64,000 nt of DNA from Mytilus edulis (taxonomy: Eukaryota), in the NCBI RefSeq assembly GCF_963676685.1, contig NC_092350.1, positions 73,780,001-73,844,000 on the forward strand. Direction: 5' to 3'. The position numbers were made by a program, and so were the translations under genes. Of the stretch, positions 50,654 through 64,000 are shown piece by piece. Position 1 is the first letter of the stretch. Every line of letters starts with the position of its first letter. The notes beneath the pieces were generated by a model, which saw nothing but the letters and a program-made list of their open reading frames with translations, was not told the origin of the DNA and did not search any database.

Positions 50654-50783
50654 TTTAGGGGACATCTGAAGGATGAGGGAATTTCTGGCTGCATTGAAGA
50701 CCTCAATATGTGATACAAGGGGAAAATATTAATGAATTTAAAAAAATATTATAATCAAACGATTGTGTAATTACAATGAGTAG

Positions 50784-53703
50784 TTTTTATACGACCACAA
50801 AAAATTTAATTTTTCGTCGTATATTGCTATCACGTTGGCGTCGTCGTCCGAATACTTTTAGTTTTCGCACTCTAACTTGAGTAAAAGTGAATAGAAATCG
50901 ATGAAATTTTGACACAAGGTTTATGACCACAAAAGGAAGGTTGGGATTGATTTTGGGAGTTTTGGTCCCAACATTTTAGGAATTAGGGGCCAAAAAGGGC
51001 CCAAATAAGCATTTTCTTGGTTTTTCGCACAATAACTTTAGTATAAGTAAATAGAAATCAGTGAAATTTAAACACAAGGTTTATGACCACAAAAGGAAGG
51101 TTGGGATTGATTTTGGGAGTTCAGGTCCCAACAGTTTAGGAATTAGGGGCCCAAAAGGGGCCCAAATAAGCATTATTCTTGGTTTTCGCACCATAATTTA
51201 CGTAAATAGAAATCTATGAAATTTAAACACAAGATTTATGACCATAAAAGGAAGGTTGGGTTTGATTTTGGGAGTTTTGGTCCCAACAGTTTAGGAATAA
51301 GGGCCCAAAGGGTCCAAAATTGAACTTTGTTTGATTTCATCAAAAATTGAATAATTGGGGTTCTTTGATATGCTAAATCTAACTGTGTATGTAGATTCTT
51401 AATTTTTGGTCCCGTTTTCAAATTGGTCTACATTAAGGTCCAAAGGGTCAAAAATTAAACTTAGTTTGATTTTGACAAAAATTGAATCCTTGGGGTTCTT
51501 TAATATGTTGAATCTAAAAATGTACATGTACTTAGATTTTTTATTATTGGCCCAGTTTTCAAGTTGGTCCAAATCAGGGTCCAAAATTAAACTTTTTTTG
51601 ATTTCATCAAAAATTGAATAATTGGGGTTCTTTGATATGCCAAATCTAACTGTGTATGTAGATTCTTAATTTTTGGTCCCGTTTTCAAATTGGTCTACAT
51701 TAAAGTTCACAGGGTCCAAAATTAAACTAAATTTGATTTTAACAAAAATTGAATTCTTATGCTTTTTTGATATGCTGAATCTAAACATGTACTTAGATTT
51801 TTGTTTATGGGCCCAGTTTTCAAGTTTGTTCAAATCAGGATCCAAAATTATTATATTAAGAATTGTGCAATAGCAAGAAATTTTCAATTGCACAGTATTC
51901 AGCAATAGCAAGAAATCTTCAATTGCACAGTATTGTGCAATAGCAAGAAATTTTCAATTGCTCAGTATTGCGCAATAGCAAGAAATCTTCAATTGCACAG
52001 TATTGTGCAATAGTAAATATTTTCAATTGCACAGTATTGCGCAATAGCCAGAAATATCTAATTGCACAATATTGTGCAATAGCAAGAAATTTTCAATTGA
52101 TTGGAGTTATCTTTCTTTGTCCAGAATAGTAATTGAGGCAGATTTTACAATAAGAAGGAAATATTGTTTTTTTGTATCCATCAAAAAAGCAATTGCTGAA
52201 ACTGTGAAACCGACTGTGTAATGGAGTAATGCATTATGTTATTGAATAAAATGTGTCTTTCTGAGTAAATAAAAATAAAAATTACTCTGTGTTTGTGTTT
52301 TTTGTTAGAATTAGAGGGTTTTCAATTTCAAAATATTGGACATGGAATAGACATCATGACCTACTTGACTGACATCCAGCTTATTTGGAGTGGAATTTTG
52401 AAGTATTATTTATAAGTGGAGCCTAATAACATGGACTTATATTTTAATAAAAAGTCTTCTTTTGTGTTTTAATCATAACTTTAAGGCAGTTTTTTATTGG
52501 TAAAGGCTAAAAAAGGTAATTTAATAATATTGTTGCTAACGTCACGTCTTTTCCGTCCATTGTGGGATGTCACGATCGCAATTTTCTTGATGGTTCTCAG
52601 ACAGCCCATTGTAGTTATTTTTATCCCGGGTTTTATAAATAATTGAAAATGGCAATCATATTAAATTTGGATGACGTAAGGGGTTCAAAGGACTTGAGGA
52701 ATCAATATCATTGGCTGTTTTATTTTTTGCGAACGTTACTCTCGACGTTTCCGTCCAAATCAGTGTCACGTGAGCAACATATATTTAGATCTGTAACTCT
52801 CCTGTATAGGAGTTACGATATCGCCCTTTGCAGAAATAGATTCGGAGTCAGTTCCTTCACATGATGGGGAAGCAAAGATGGGAAGTTGTATGTAATATCG
52901 TTACAAGAGGACCTTAAATGTATTCCGTCCACCAAAAAGACGTTCGCAACAAAACGTAATGTCATGATAGTAGATGTTGCTAATGTTACTATTACGAATT
53001 GGTTTCTTGTGTATTCAGTTGATATAAAGTACACCTGCAAATGACATTCTGTATATTTAGAAATTCTAAACCAGACTGTACAATTTTATTACTCCAGGCA
53101 TATATTAAACATCACTGTGTGCATACATTTTAACTTTTAAAGATGTTGTTGCTCATGTGACATGTCCAAATGTCGCTAACGTTACTCATTTTTGTCTCTG
53201 TCACGTTAGCAACATGAAAGTAGGAGACAGAACACAATACTGTAAAATCTGCCTTGAGTCAACTTAAATCATTGTTTTATACAATATACAATGTATATTC
53301 ACTTTTACTACCAACTGATAAATTAAAACAATCTTTACCATTCAGTGATAACAAGCACCTTTTGTTACATTTTAATATTTTATGATGTATTTAAATGAGT
53401 AGTTATTGTTGCAAACTCCATTAGAAATTTGAATTGAGATCAGTTTTGGAAAAAGGGAAAGGGGTGTGTGAAAAAAAGGGGGGGCGGGTTAAATTTTTCT
53501 CATTTGCTCAAAGGCAAAAACAAATTTTTAAGTTCATTAGACCACATTCATTCTGTGTCAGAAACCTATGCTGTGTCAACTATTTAATCACAATCCAAAT
53601 TTAGAGCTGTATCCAGCTTGAATGTTGTGTCCATACTTGCCCCAACCGTCCAGGGTTCAACCTGTGCGGTCGTATAAAGCTGCGCCCTGCGGAGCATCTG
53701 GTT
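50784..53703 (+). mobile_element. Helentron-associated non-autonomous element with internal tandem repeats
   Basis: 5' tttatacgacc with nearby inverted gtcgtata and (CGT)n; ~123 bp, ~120 bp and 35-36 bp repeat blocks; 3' ggtcgtataaa plus GC-rich short hairpin, ending at TT. Confidence 0.8.
52137..53253. mobile_element. Kolobok-like non-autonomous element nested in the HINE
   Basis: TIR ggcagattttaca / tgtaaaatctgcc; 4 bp TSD TTGA (TTAA-like); GG start. Confidence 0.8.
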
Positions 53704-54042
53704 GAGTTATCAATTTTTAAAATTTTATTACCAATCAACATTATCCAGTCAGTCTTTTTAGGCAAAATTTTTAGAAAATGGGTGAGGGGTACAAAAAATG
53801 ATTTTACCAGAAGCATGTACATCCCATATCTCTTTTTTCTTTTCAAATTTCTTAGATACATATTTTCTCAATCATTTATAACAAAGAAGTTAAAAAAAAT
53901 ATGCATTTTGTTCTTCAAACACACAAATTTACAAAATCGACAGCATGGTGAATTTGACTCAAAAAGCATCAAAATATGATAAAACTTTCTTATATTAATA
54001 CCTACCTATGTATAGTAATTTTAATTTAAACTTATTCAGATT

Positions 54043-54209
54043 CAGTGGTGGATCCAGCCATTTTAAAGGGGGGGGGGGGGGGGGGGTTCCCCAACACAGA
54101 GTAAAGGGTGGATTCTAACTATATGCTCCCATTCAAATGCATTGATCGGCCAAAAAAAAGGGGGGATTCCAACTTTCGGAACCCCCCCCTCCCCCTGGAT
54201 CCGCCAATG
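54043..54209. mobile_element. Short MITE with 6 bp TSD CAGATT
   Basis: cagtggtggatccag / ctggatccgccaatg. Confidence 0.8.
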
Positions 54210-55407
54210 CAGATTGGTCCTCTTCATCTTAATTGAAAGTATGAACAATGATGAAAAAAAGTTTAATTGTGGATTTGGGTGGTTTTTTCATGATAATAGC
54301 CCAAAAATAGGTAAAAATTGATGAAAAATGGGAAAATCATGAAAATTTGGTACTTAAAAAAGGCTGTAGCTAAACATTGCTAAAAAAGAAGTGCACCACC
54401 ATATGATTTATAATGTCTTTACAAGACTTATAAACCCAAAAATCACTCAGAGGTGTGCATCCTTAATTCAATTTAAATATTTTCATAATTTCATTTTATT
54501 TCAGCACAATTACACTGTAAGTGGTCAAGTAACATCAAGCCAAGTAAACGTGTGCAATAATCCAAATTTAATTGTACGACAGTCTCTTGATTCATACAGC
54601 ACACCTGCAGGATCAAATGTATCTACTTTGAAGCAACTCACAGAGTCCCATTGCATAACAACTGAAGAATATGAAGTCAATTATCCTATGGTAAGTTATC
54701 AGAGAGTGTTGGCAGTTTCTTAAAACGTTGGAGATTTGTTTACCTCACCTACTATAGTAGAGGGAATTATGTTTTCTGGATATTTGTTAATTTGTAATCT
54801 TTTTATCTATCTATAGTAGAACTTGTAAACATGAGAATTATATTGAAAGCAAATGTCAAAATTAATGTTCGTCTTATATTTGTAGGTCAGACCCAGACGT
54901 GAATTTCTTGACCGTCATTGTACTTAAACAAGTAGGTGCATCATGGGAAGTGTTAACCAGAAAAGAGGTAAAAATTTCTCTGAATTCAGAAATTATTTCC
55001 ATGATTTTATTAATGCCAAAACTGCACAGCACCAGGTTTCACAATAATTAAAGCTTTTATTCATATTTTCAGTAGTGATTTTATCTTTATTGCAATCAAC
55101 ATATTTAAATACTGTAAACATAATAATAAATGAAGAAATTTATGTCAAGTTTTTATTATTCATGTTATTGTAAAAATGCTACCATATCAATTTTGACACT
55201 ATAAAAACTTGCATTCTTAATTTCAACTGGTTTATGTGTAAATTGAAGGTCTGTAGTTATCTGAAGGATTACATTGGTAGCAGACAGTTGTATAATCAGA
55301 ATGACCCTAGTATCGTGTTCTGTAAAAAAGATCCTCTGGGAAAAGTATTTGGAGTTAATAAGTTTACCTTCACAGAAGCAACGTAAGTATTTATCTATAA
55401 TTGTATA

Positions 55408-55580
55408 CATTATCACTGAACTAGTATACATATTTGTTTAGGGGACAGCTGAAGGACTCCTCAGGATGCTGCAGTTTCTCTTTGCATTGAAGACCCATTG
55501 GTGGCGTTCCACTGTTGTTGGCTCTATGGGCAAGTTGATGTCTCTTTGACACATTCCCCATTTCCATTCTCAATTTTATG
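55408..55580 (+). mobile_element. SINE-like family A 3' fragment
   Basis: Matches 19300-19475. Confidence 0.7.
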
Positions 55581-56366
55581 TATATGTATATAATATGCAT
55601 GTTCTGTACCATTGAGGCCACATTTAAAAGAATGTCTGTTTCCCCTCCCCCGGGTCTACTCTTGTAAACAAACCAGGCAGGCAGGTAATTTTTTTTTCCA
55701 TGGTTTGACTTGTCCACTGGAGGCCACTTATCAGTTGTTAGTGCTCAATTTGAGTGTATTTATTTAGATTATCAATCCTTTTGCTTTCAAGCACTATTCA
55801 AAATATGCACATTTAGTGCATAAAACTAATGTAGCATTAAAGTGTATATTTACTTCTTTCTGATTTGACAGTTATTAAAGCTTTTATTAATAACATATTT
55901 TAAAGTACAGCTATTTTTAGAACCAGGCAGATCTTAAAAAAAGTGATTCATCCAATATTCCAATTCTCAGTTTTTTGTGTATAAATATCTTCACTACAGT
56001 ATTAAAGATAAGAATATACAAAAAAAATCACCAACAAATAGTAATACAAATAAAAATTATGATATTAAATCACTAGTTGTTCCTATCATTCCTTTGTAAA
56101 TTGCACACTATTGAATGATGCTTATTTGGATGAACAACTAAGAACCCAGTATAATTATACACCAAATTGAAGTTTTATAACTTCTCTATGTTTATCATGT
56201 AAACATGGTAAAAGTGTGTTTTTTTTTAATAAAAGTGTAGAAAAAGAAATTTGAAAATTTGTTAGTTTGCCTGAAATTATCTCCCTTTTCCCGTAAAATT
56301 ATGGAGCTCTCTTTAAATACTTGAAAACCATAAAATGTCTATTGTTTATATTTCATATCAACAACT

Positions 56367-59300
56367 ATGGAAGCAGACGTTGAGATGAGATGCAGTTTCT
56401 CATGCTTTAGTAATGTAAAATGTGATACATCAATCTTCTATCCCGCTGAAAACGCTGTGATTTTGAAAAAGGAATGCATTAAGGATATAAGAAATCACCT
56501 AATTTCTAACAAACTGGGAAAATTTACAAATTTAAATGAGGGACATTTAATTTGCTTTCGGGCTGGAATATTTTCTGTCATGGGAGAATATTTGGGGTGT
56601 CCGAACCACAGGTATTCTCTCGGTATGAAGTGGAGGAGGAGCAGCATATTATGTGGTCATCCTGACCACAAGGGTAAATCCAAGCCTGAATCCGACCGGG
56701 CAGTCACGCCTCAGATAAGCCACCACCTTTTGAGAACCAGAGGAGTTGTGCTTCCAATAGGATCAGGTAATCATCTCAAGTTTAAAGATAATTAGGAGGC
56801 TGTTTGATAACTTAATAAAACTTCAGAACCCAAGCCCTTAATTTGCAGTGTAGTACTGACAATTTTTTTAAAGAGTAATGTGGGACAAATGTGGGGGTAG
56901 AGTGAATTAATCTTAATTTTCAGTCTGAACTGTATCATGTCTGTTCGCCCTAATAACACACTTGCCCTGAGTCCGTTTTCTAGAAAATATTAATATTCAG
57001 GGCATCGAAGTTGAATAAACTTATTCAGATATTCAGGGGGGGGGGGGGGGGGGGAGCTATGCTAAACATGTATTTTAAAAAAAAAATCTAAGTAAGTTTA
57101 CATTTTGTCTTGCTAGTACTAGTGGCTACATGTATGCAATTTTTTAAAGTCTGAACATGAAAGTAATATATTGTCAATATAGAACTTCCAAGGTCTGAAG
57201 AACCATATTTTTTGTCTGTATTATATCATTTAAACCAACCATTTTTGGAGTAATTTAGGTGCCTTTCAAACCATATGTGTACACCATGTACACATTTACT
57301 CCAAAAATGGTTGTTTTTTTATGATATAATACAATGTAATACAGACAAAAATATGGTACAGGGTCTACTGAAATGTCTGCTTTTCTTGAATAGAACTATA
57401 TATACAGTTGGGACAAAATTTAAGATGTGGTCTTCTGTAATCGTAATCAGTAATCGTAATCAGCTGTAATCGATTACATTTTGCAGTGTAATCCTATGTA
57501 ATCAGTAATCATGCAATTTCTGATTACATGTAATCGTAATGTAATCGATTACATGGCAAAAAACAGGTGTAATTGTGATTACTTTTAGATTACTTTAAGA
57601 TTACATTCATATGATTACTTGTTGATTACAAATCTTGTATATATATGAAAATAATTTTTGATATACAAGATGAAAATAAGAAAATGTAAAGCTTGAATGA
57701 AAAATCATGAAACTAGTATTCCCAATGATGGGACCTTGTTTAATGTGATAAATTGTATAACAAGTTTGTATAACCAAGTGTTTTATTTTGTTAACAGTTT
57801 ACTAAAGAAAACTGCCTCTCCAATATTTCTTTGTGAGATTGAGCTCTTATGATACAAGAATATGCCTTGAAAGCATTTATTTTCTTTGATTGAAAACTTC
57901 TGATATAAACTCCAATCTCATAAAAGTTTACCCAATATTTTTACATAACTACATTGAAATTCAAATGCAGAAAACATTTAGTTCCTATTTGACTTTGATG
58001 GTCAACATAAATAAATGAGCCCACTTAATTCAAAATGGAAGTTAAAACTAGATTTCATTTATTGATTTTTTTTAGTTTTCCATGAATTTGTGTATAATAT
58101 GTGCTTTCTAATTTTTATTATTTATTAACTTTGAGTGTAACGGCTCATCAGTATAAACAAGTACATGTTCAGTATATACATATGACATAATATTACAAAC
58201 AATATGCATAGTAAACAATAGCTGATGTCAGAAGTTTCATCAATACAAAATATCTTTTATTACTCTAAACTGTTTCTAAATTTAAAGAGAAATGTATATA
58301 CTTTCCAAGTTACAAAGCTGTTTTGTGCTTTCACCTGACAATAATTCTATTAATTAGATTAAAAATTAAAAAATTTCAAAGAAATAATGACAATCAAGCA
58401 CTTTTAACTTTATTGATATTGTTATAAAGACAATAAAATTTTAACACCCAAGCTCACCTATTGTTTGTTAAAAATTAGGAAGTAGTGATTAACACCTGTT
58501 AAAACATTCATGGATGTGTCAATTATGTCCCAACAGACAATAAAACTATACTTAATTAATTTTTTTCTTATTTGTTCAAATTTTTTGTTAATTGGGGAGT
58601 TGGTTAAAATTTGTAGAAAAAAAATCAAGTTATATCTTTTACATAGAGAAATGACACTTGTCTATAGCTATTTTATCAAATACACATGTTACACTGTACT
58701 TGTCTTTATTCTTTTAAATAAGATGAATAAATTAAGGCTTTACAAAAATCACCAAAATTAGCTTTTTTGTGAGGATAAAAAGTTATAAAAAAACTTTGTT
58801 ATTGCAATATACAATGTAATCATAAGTAATCTAAAGTAATCATGATTACTTTAAAGAAAAGTAATCTAATGTAATCGATTACATATGAAATAGGGTGTAA
58901 TTGTAATGTAATCGATTACATTTTATTAGCAAAGTAATTGTAATTTAATCGATTATATTTTAAAGTAATCGACCCCACCCCTGCTTCTGTGACATGTCAT
59001 AAATTTATGAATGTGCCAAAATTTAAACTTCAATCCCTGCATACAAGTGTTACTGTAAAAAATTTAGAAAACAATCAAAACTTATGAATGCAACAATGAT
59101 TTCCCCATATACATATACATGTTCATTATTTATATATTTCTTGACAATCTGTTCATTGCATGATTTGGTTTTTCACAGAATAAAACAATTGTAGTAATAA
59201 AATTATATTATCCCTAGGCCCATAGACATGATACACTTATTAAATTTAAAATAAAATGTACAAAATTTTAAAATTTATCACACACATTTGTACTTTTTTT

Positions 59301-59428
59301 ATAAATTCAAAAATTAGCTTGAAAGTGCAAGTATCAAAATTATTTCTTTTTTTTATATAGGTTTGTGCAGAAATTGCAGACAGATTGTTACCAGAGAAAT
59401 GGAAGAATCTATCTGGCCAAATTTTGAG
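56367..59428 (+). CDS. Spliced Cys/His-rich domain gene, probably transposase N-terminal type (exons 56367-56767 and 59361-59428)
   Basis: C..DI.NHL, E..LI..RAG, CPNHR..LG..W, C.HPDH; phase-1 splice completes LPIGSG-LCRNCR. Confidence 0.55.
57437..58983. mobile_element. hAT-like non-autonomous element with GTAATC/GATTAC clusters; left TIR deleted
   Basis: Motif clusters at 57437-57630 and 58815-58970; right end gaccccacccctg; cttctgt on both flanks. Confidence 0.7.
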
Positions 59429-60547
59429 GTACAACTTAAATGTGTACATGTATTATATAATCAAAGCAATACACCTTATCACTATTTATCTGCCATTACT
59501 GCAAAAATTCCAGTAAAATTTAAACGTCTGACATGATAGATAATATATCTGACACCACAATGGAAAAGTTATTGTTGTATTATCTCATAAGTTTAAGCAA
59601 AAGAGGTTTTTTGGTCAAGGGGAACAGATTTCCAAATACTGATATGGTGTATATATATACATGTAAATGCATACCAAAAAAAACCAAAACAATCAAAACA
59701 TTTTATTTGTATTGACACAAAACATTTTTTTTTAATTTAAAACAACAGGCCTGAAGGTTATAAATTGTAGACATTCTGCAGAGAACTAAACGAAACCTTA
59801 AAAAATGAGCAAATCCCATACCACGGGGGGGGGGGGGGGGGGGGTCTTCCTATATAAAGGTATATACATATGTGCTGCTGGAATGGGTCCCTTTTTTGAC
59901 CCGTCAAATATATCAATGGGGTGCAATTTTACCGAGGAATTTATATCAATAGGTAGTAATTGACCAAAACTTATTTACACAAGTTTTGATATTGATTAAA
60001 TTTAATTACACTGTCACAATTAATAATCTTCAGTAAATTACCCAGTAGATATTGAACCTTTTGCACTAGTTGCGTCACGTGAGTTGCGTAACACATCGAT
60101 TTATTTGCACTTAATTTGTTGCGTCTATTCTCATTGACATTGTGTGTCTTGCTTAATCACTTTTAATTTGTTGAAAGAATTTGTCATTATTTGATTGCCA
60201 AAATGAAAGACATACGAAGCATTGACAGAGGGAAATGTTTAAATTGTCATGAATGTGAGGAATTTACTGGAACTTTAAGATGTGATTATTGTGACTGTGT
60301 AGCTGCAAAACACATTCGAAAACAAGAGGAGGAAGCTATAACGGGAGATGAATCAAACAAACATTTCAAATTGGAGACTTTGGAACATAGTGGTCATAGT
60401 GATGTAGGATTAACATCACTGACGAGTGGGTTCGAGAATTTAGAAGAAAACTGCGTAGAAGAAGTTTCAAATGGTATGTGCAAACTTAATTTCAACCAAG
60501 TGTTGTATTTTTATTTGTTCGTCCATAATAAACAACGTTTCACGTTT

Positions 60548-60870
60548 AGGGGACGACCTTTTGATATTCTGGAGGGGGGGGGGGGGGCAGGAGTTTTTGT
60601 TTCGGATGAGTTATTTGTTTTCACTTTATGCCAATCCAACGTTATTTATTTTTCACCGCGTAACTGTTTATTTTCAGCTTTTGCCAGGACAAGTTATTTA
60701 TTTTCAAAACCTGTTATTAATTTTCAAAATCCTGCCTGATGAGTTATTTATTTTCACTTTATGCTTAACCAGTTTATTTATTTTTCACGGCTTCGCTGCT
60801 CAACTATTTATTTTCAGCTTTTGCCAGGACAGGTTATTTATTTTCAAAACCCTCCTCCCCCTCCTTGGCA
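60548..60870. repeat. MITE remnant with TTATTTATTTTCA repeats
   Basis: G-run and C-run at the ends; about eight internal motif copies. Confidence 0.5.
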
Positions 60871-61419
60871 ATATATCAATTACAATTTAAATATTTCCAT
60901 TAAATATGATGTTTTGTAAAGAAAAGACTTTTGAACTAATTTATTTATGTGATATTTGGTTAAATTTTGCAAGATTGATGAAATGTGAAACCATTTTTAA
61001 AAAAACTATGTTTACATAATATAAACATTAACTGACCCTTTTAAAGTCTGACAATTGTAACATAATCTGATGAAGACTGTGTAAAAGACTGTCAATATAA
61101 AGATTAAAATAAGACTGTACATGTCTGGTGTTCAGAAGTCAGTTTCACAAAAAAAACTTAAGACTAAGATTGATCATAAGTATACTGACTTGTTCATGAC
61201 TTACGATCAACTGTAGTCGTAAGATTTTTTGTGAAAATGACTGCAGAATCTTATTAATATCAAAAATATACAATTCCTTGATTTCATTTTAATAAAAAGA
61301 ATGAAGTCATTTAAAATGATATAACCAATTGTTTTCAACCATCTCTGAACAATTGATGGTGGTGGTCTTTCCCCATTGGTTAGTTGGTTGGTTATTTTGC
61401 AAAAATCATTATTTTTATT

Positions 61420-61990
61420 GATTGATCGGCAATCTGTCACACAGATAAATGGGGGCCAGTATTACACATTGTACTTGGTAAATTGATTGATAGGCAATCT
61501 GTAACACAGATAAATGGAGCCCGTATTACAGTGTACTTGATAAATAAATTTCTAATCATGATTAAATGATTACTCTGAATCATGATTTGATTGATTAGAT
61601 CTTCATGAAGATCGATTGAATGGTAATTAATAGTAAAACTCGATTGATTGATCGGCAATCTGTAAAACGTCAATGGGGCCCGTATTACACAGTGTACTTG
61701 ATTGATTGATTACATGGTCATTTTGAATCAAGATTTGACTGATTAGATCTTTATGAAGATCGATTGATTGGTAATACATGGTAAAACTCGATCGATTGAC
61801 TAGCAATCTGTAAAACGGCAATGTGGCCCGTATTACACAATGTACTCGGTTTATTGATGCCTGATCATGCATGGTTGATTACATTGTTATTTTGAATCAT
61901 GATTTGATTGATAAGATCTTCGTGAAGATCGATTGATTGGTAATATATGGTAAAACTCGAGCGAGCGACTCCGTCCGTCAGTCCGTCCCA
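61420..61990. repeat. Degenerate tandem repeat (~150-160 bp units) ending in a (GTCC)n-like tract
   Basis: gcaatctgt..gcccgtattacaca..gatctt.atgaagatcgattga..gtaaaactcga occurs three times. Confidence 0.7.
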
Positions 61991-63868
61991 TGAACTTTGT
62001 ATATATGAAGTGTGATTATAATAAAGACACCGACCTACTGTCTGCCGATACTTCCATTTAAATCAAGAGAGGAAGTATTCTTAGCACGACACAGCGTGCA
62101 TTATTCATGTTATTGTTACTATTTAAGTGTTTATAAATAATGCATTTTATTTCTTTTGCAGTTAATGATAGCATTTTCCATGATGGGATTTCAAGATTGG
62201 AGAGTCTTATTAGTGAACTAGAGAAAGAAGAAAATGAAAAATTCAATGTAAGCTGTAAATTTAAAGTTGTTGAGGAAGATGGAAAATCTATGTTTTCTTG
62301 CTCTCTTTGCAACAAAAATTACAAGTTGGGAGATTTTGGAAAGAAAATCCAAAATGTTAAATTTCATGCCAGTTCAAGGGGACATTTGGCAAATGTTTAT
62401 GCAGTTGGGATGAACAAGGAATTTTTCTGCTTAATCGAAAAAATGCACATTGTCGCTGCTGCAAAATTGACATAAACTTGGGATGCAGAGGAAATCCTGT
62501 CCAGAGAGCCAGGGAACATGCAAACAGCAGAGACCATAAGGAACGACAGGCTAAGTTTCAGACTAACAAAACTAGAGACATTGCAAGCTTTTTCATTAAA
62601 GGTAACTTGAATGAAGAGAAAACCAGTTGACTAGATGTGACAAAGTGTCAAGGATATTATTTAAATATTACAACATATCTCATGGCATCAGGAGAGGAAC
62701 AGTCTTTCAATGTTAAATTATTAATCAATGACGTTAAAGTAGAAGACGACAGCAAAACAAGCTGGTATCCTTTGCCGTTTGTAACTGTTAATTTAAAGAA
62801 ACATACAACAGAATTTAAAGGAACATTTAAGCATGTTAAATGTACTGGTTATGTGATGAAAGAAGGAAACATATGTGAGCTGTGTAAAGGTATACCTACT
62901 TTGCCATCCTTCAAAAAGAGGTTACTCTTACGTAGTCTCAACGTAAATGATGGGAACAGGGACTTAACAAAGGTTCGTTTTGATTACATGACTAAAACAG
63001 AATAACTTAATTTACTTCTAAAGAAATCTGAAGAACTTAAAAAGGGTCGTTCAGATGCATTTTTTCTTAAAAGCAAACACATTCGATTAAAATTACGTAC
63101 AAGAACACTTAGAGAGAAATTGACAGAATTTAGTTCAAGAGGTGACATTAAGGCAATTTACCATAAGCTAGTAAAAGCTGAGGAAAAGGGAATTTTAGAC
63201 AACAAAAATGTTTTCCTTGAAACAATTGAATCGATTGCCAACAATTTCCATGTGCAAGGACTGCACGGGAAACGATATAAGTCTAGTACACGAAAATTTT
63301 TCGAAGCACTGTTAATCATGGGAGGTTCGAAACTGGCAAACTTTGTTGCAATTAACTTGGAAGGGCCAAATCTGAATACCATGTATCGATGGCGGAAATT
63401 GCCCACTTTGAAATGGCTCCTGGAATACAAGAAAAAAACTTTGTTTACTATTCAAAACTAGTAAAGGGTATTATGGAAATTTACAAAATACCACGAACTC
63501 CTGTTTTAGCGGCAGAAGATGAGACAGCTATTGTTGGTACTGTTATGTATCACCAAGATAGAGATGAACTTTTGGGGTTTTGTGGACCTAAAGACAACCA
63601 CAAATGCATGGAGAATAATCACATAAAAGTTGGCAACGTCCGTGATGCTTATGACCGTCTGGTAAATGCATTTGACAAGAACATTATTGGTAAATATGCA
63701 AGAGTTATATTACTTAATCCTTTGCATGAAAAGATTCCACATTTAGTAGCATTACTTATGCCAACATGCAACCGATTCACTCATCATATTGTATACCATC
63801 AGTGGCAAAAGGTACAAAATTTGTATGAGCTACATCTGGAACATGAATTAGGACCGCTTATAGGTAAT

Positions 63869-64000
63869 CAGGGTTTCCCCTGGGTCAATTATTTTTTTCG
63901 CCACCTCTTTCGCCAAAAAAATATATTTTTCGCCACTTTATTATTTTTTTCGCCAAGTAACACAAATATATTTTTCTTTTAAAATTTTCCATCCCCCCCT
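63869..64000 (+). mobile_element. Left end of a probable hAT-like insertion running off the window
   Basis: cagggtttcccc start with repeated ttttcgcca motifs; ORF composition changes abruptly here. Confidence 0.55.

Larger units (their letters stand above)
60203..63868 (+). pseudogene. Decayed P-element/THAP9-like transposase gene (exons 60203-60473 and 62162 onward)
   Basis: Phase-1 splice joins a Cys-rich exon to a C2H2-like finger (CSLC..H....H). Broken ORFs continue to LAAEDETAI..YHQDRDELLGFCG..ARVILLNPLH..TCN.F, like the P-type DE motif region. Several stops and frameshifts. Confidence 0.6.

Noticed and set aside
394-61872. Most short ORFs in the track, including those antisense to pol and the PLE RT
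   Set aside because: They lie in SINEs, satellites or MITEs, or are shadow frames of real ORFs, and have no recognisable motifs.

Overview
AT-rich animal genomic DNA made almost entirely of repeats and transposons. The repeat repertoire suggests a bivalve, probably Mytilus (inference). No intact host gene is recognisable. From left to right: (1) the 3' part of a Helentron-type non-autonomous element and several SINEs. (2) A ~9 kb satellite array (about 186+207 bp subunits, 392 bp dimer, 1568 bp higher-order repeat) carrying a CR1/L2-type LINE fragment and an assembly gap, followed by an older inverted array of the same satellite. (3) A 9.27 kb DNA transposon (19992-29259) with perfect 58 bp TIRs starting CAGTC and a 5 bp TSD. 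It carries a spliced gene for a RAG1 N-terminal-like domain, a second basic-protein gene, and a convergent intact two-exon HIRAN-like gene. This is the best candidate for an undescribed system. (4) Inserted in it, a Penelope-like retroelement whose RT stops without a GIY-YIG domain and which has two type III hammerhead ribozymes. (5) An RNase H LINE fragment. (6) A young gag-less Ty3/Gypsy element with an intact 1562 aa Pol, TA...TA LTR ends and three LTRs, nested in a Ginger-like MITE inside a SINE. (7) Several MITEs, including a second CAGTC element with a 5 bp TSD. (8) A decayed P-element-like transposase gene at the right end.
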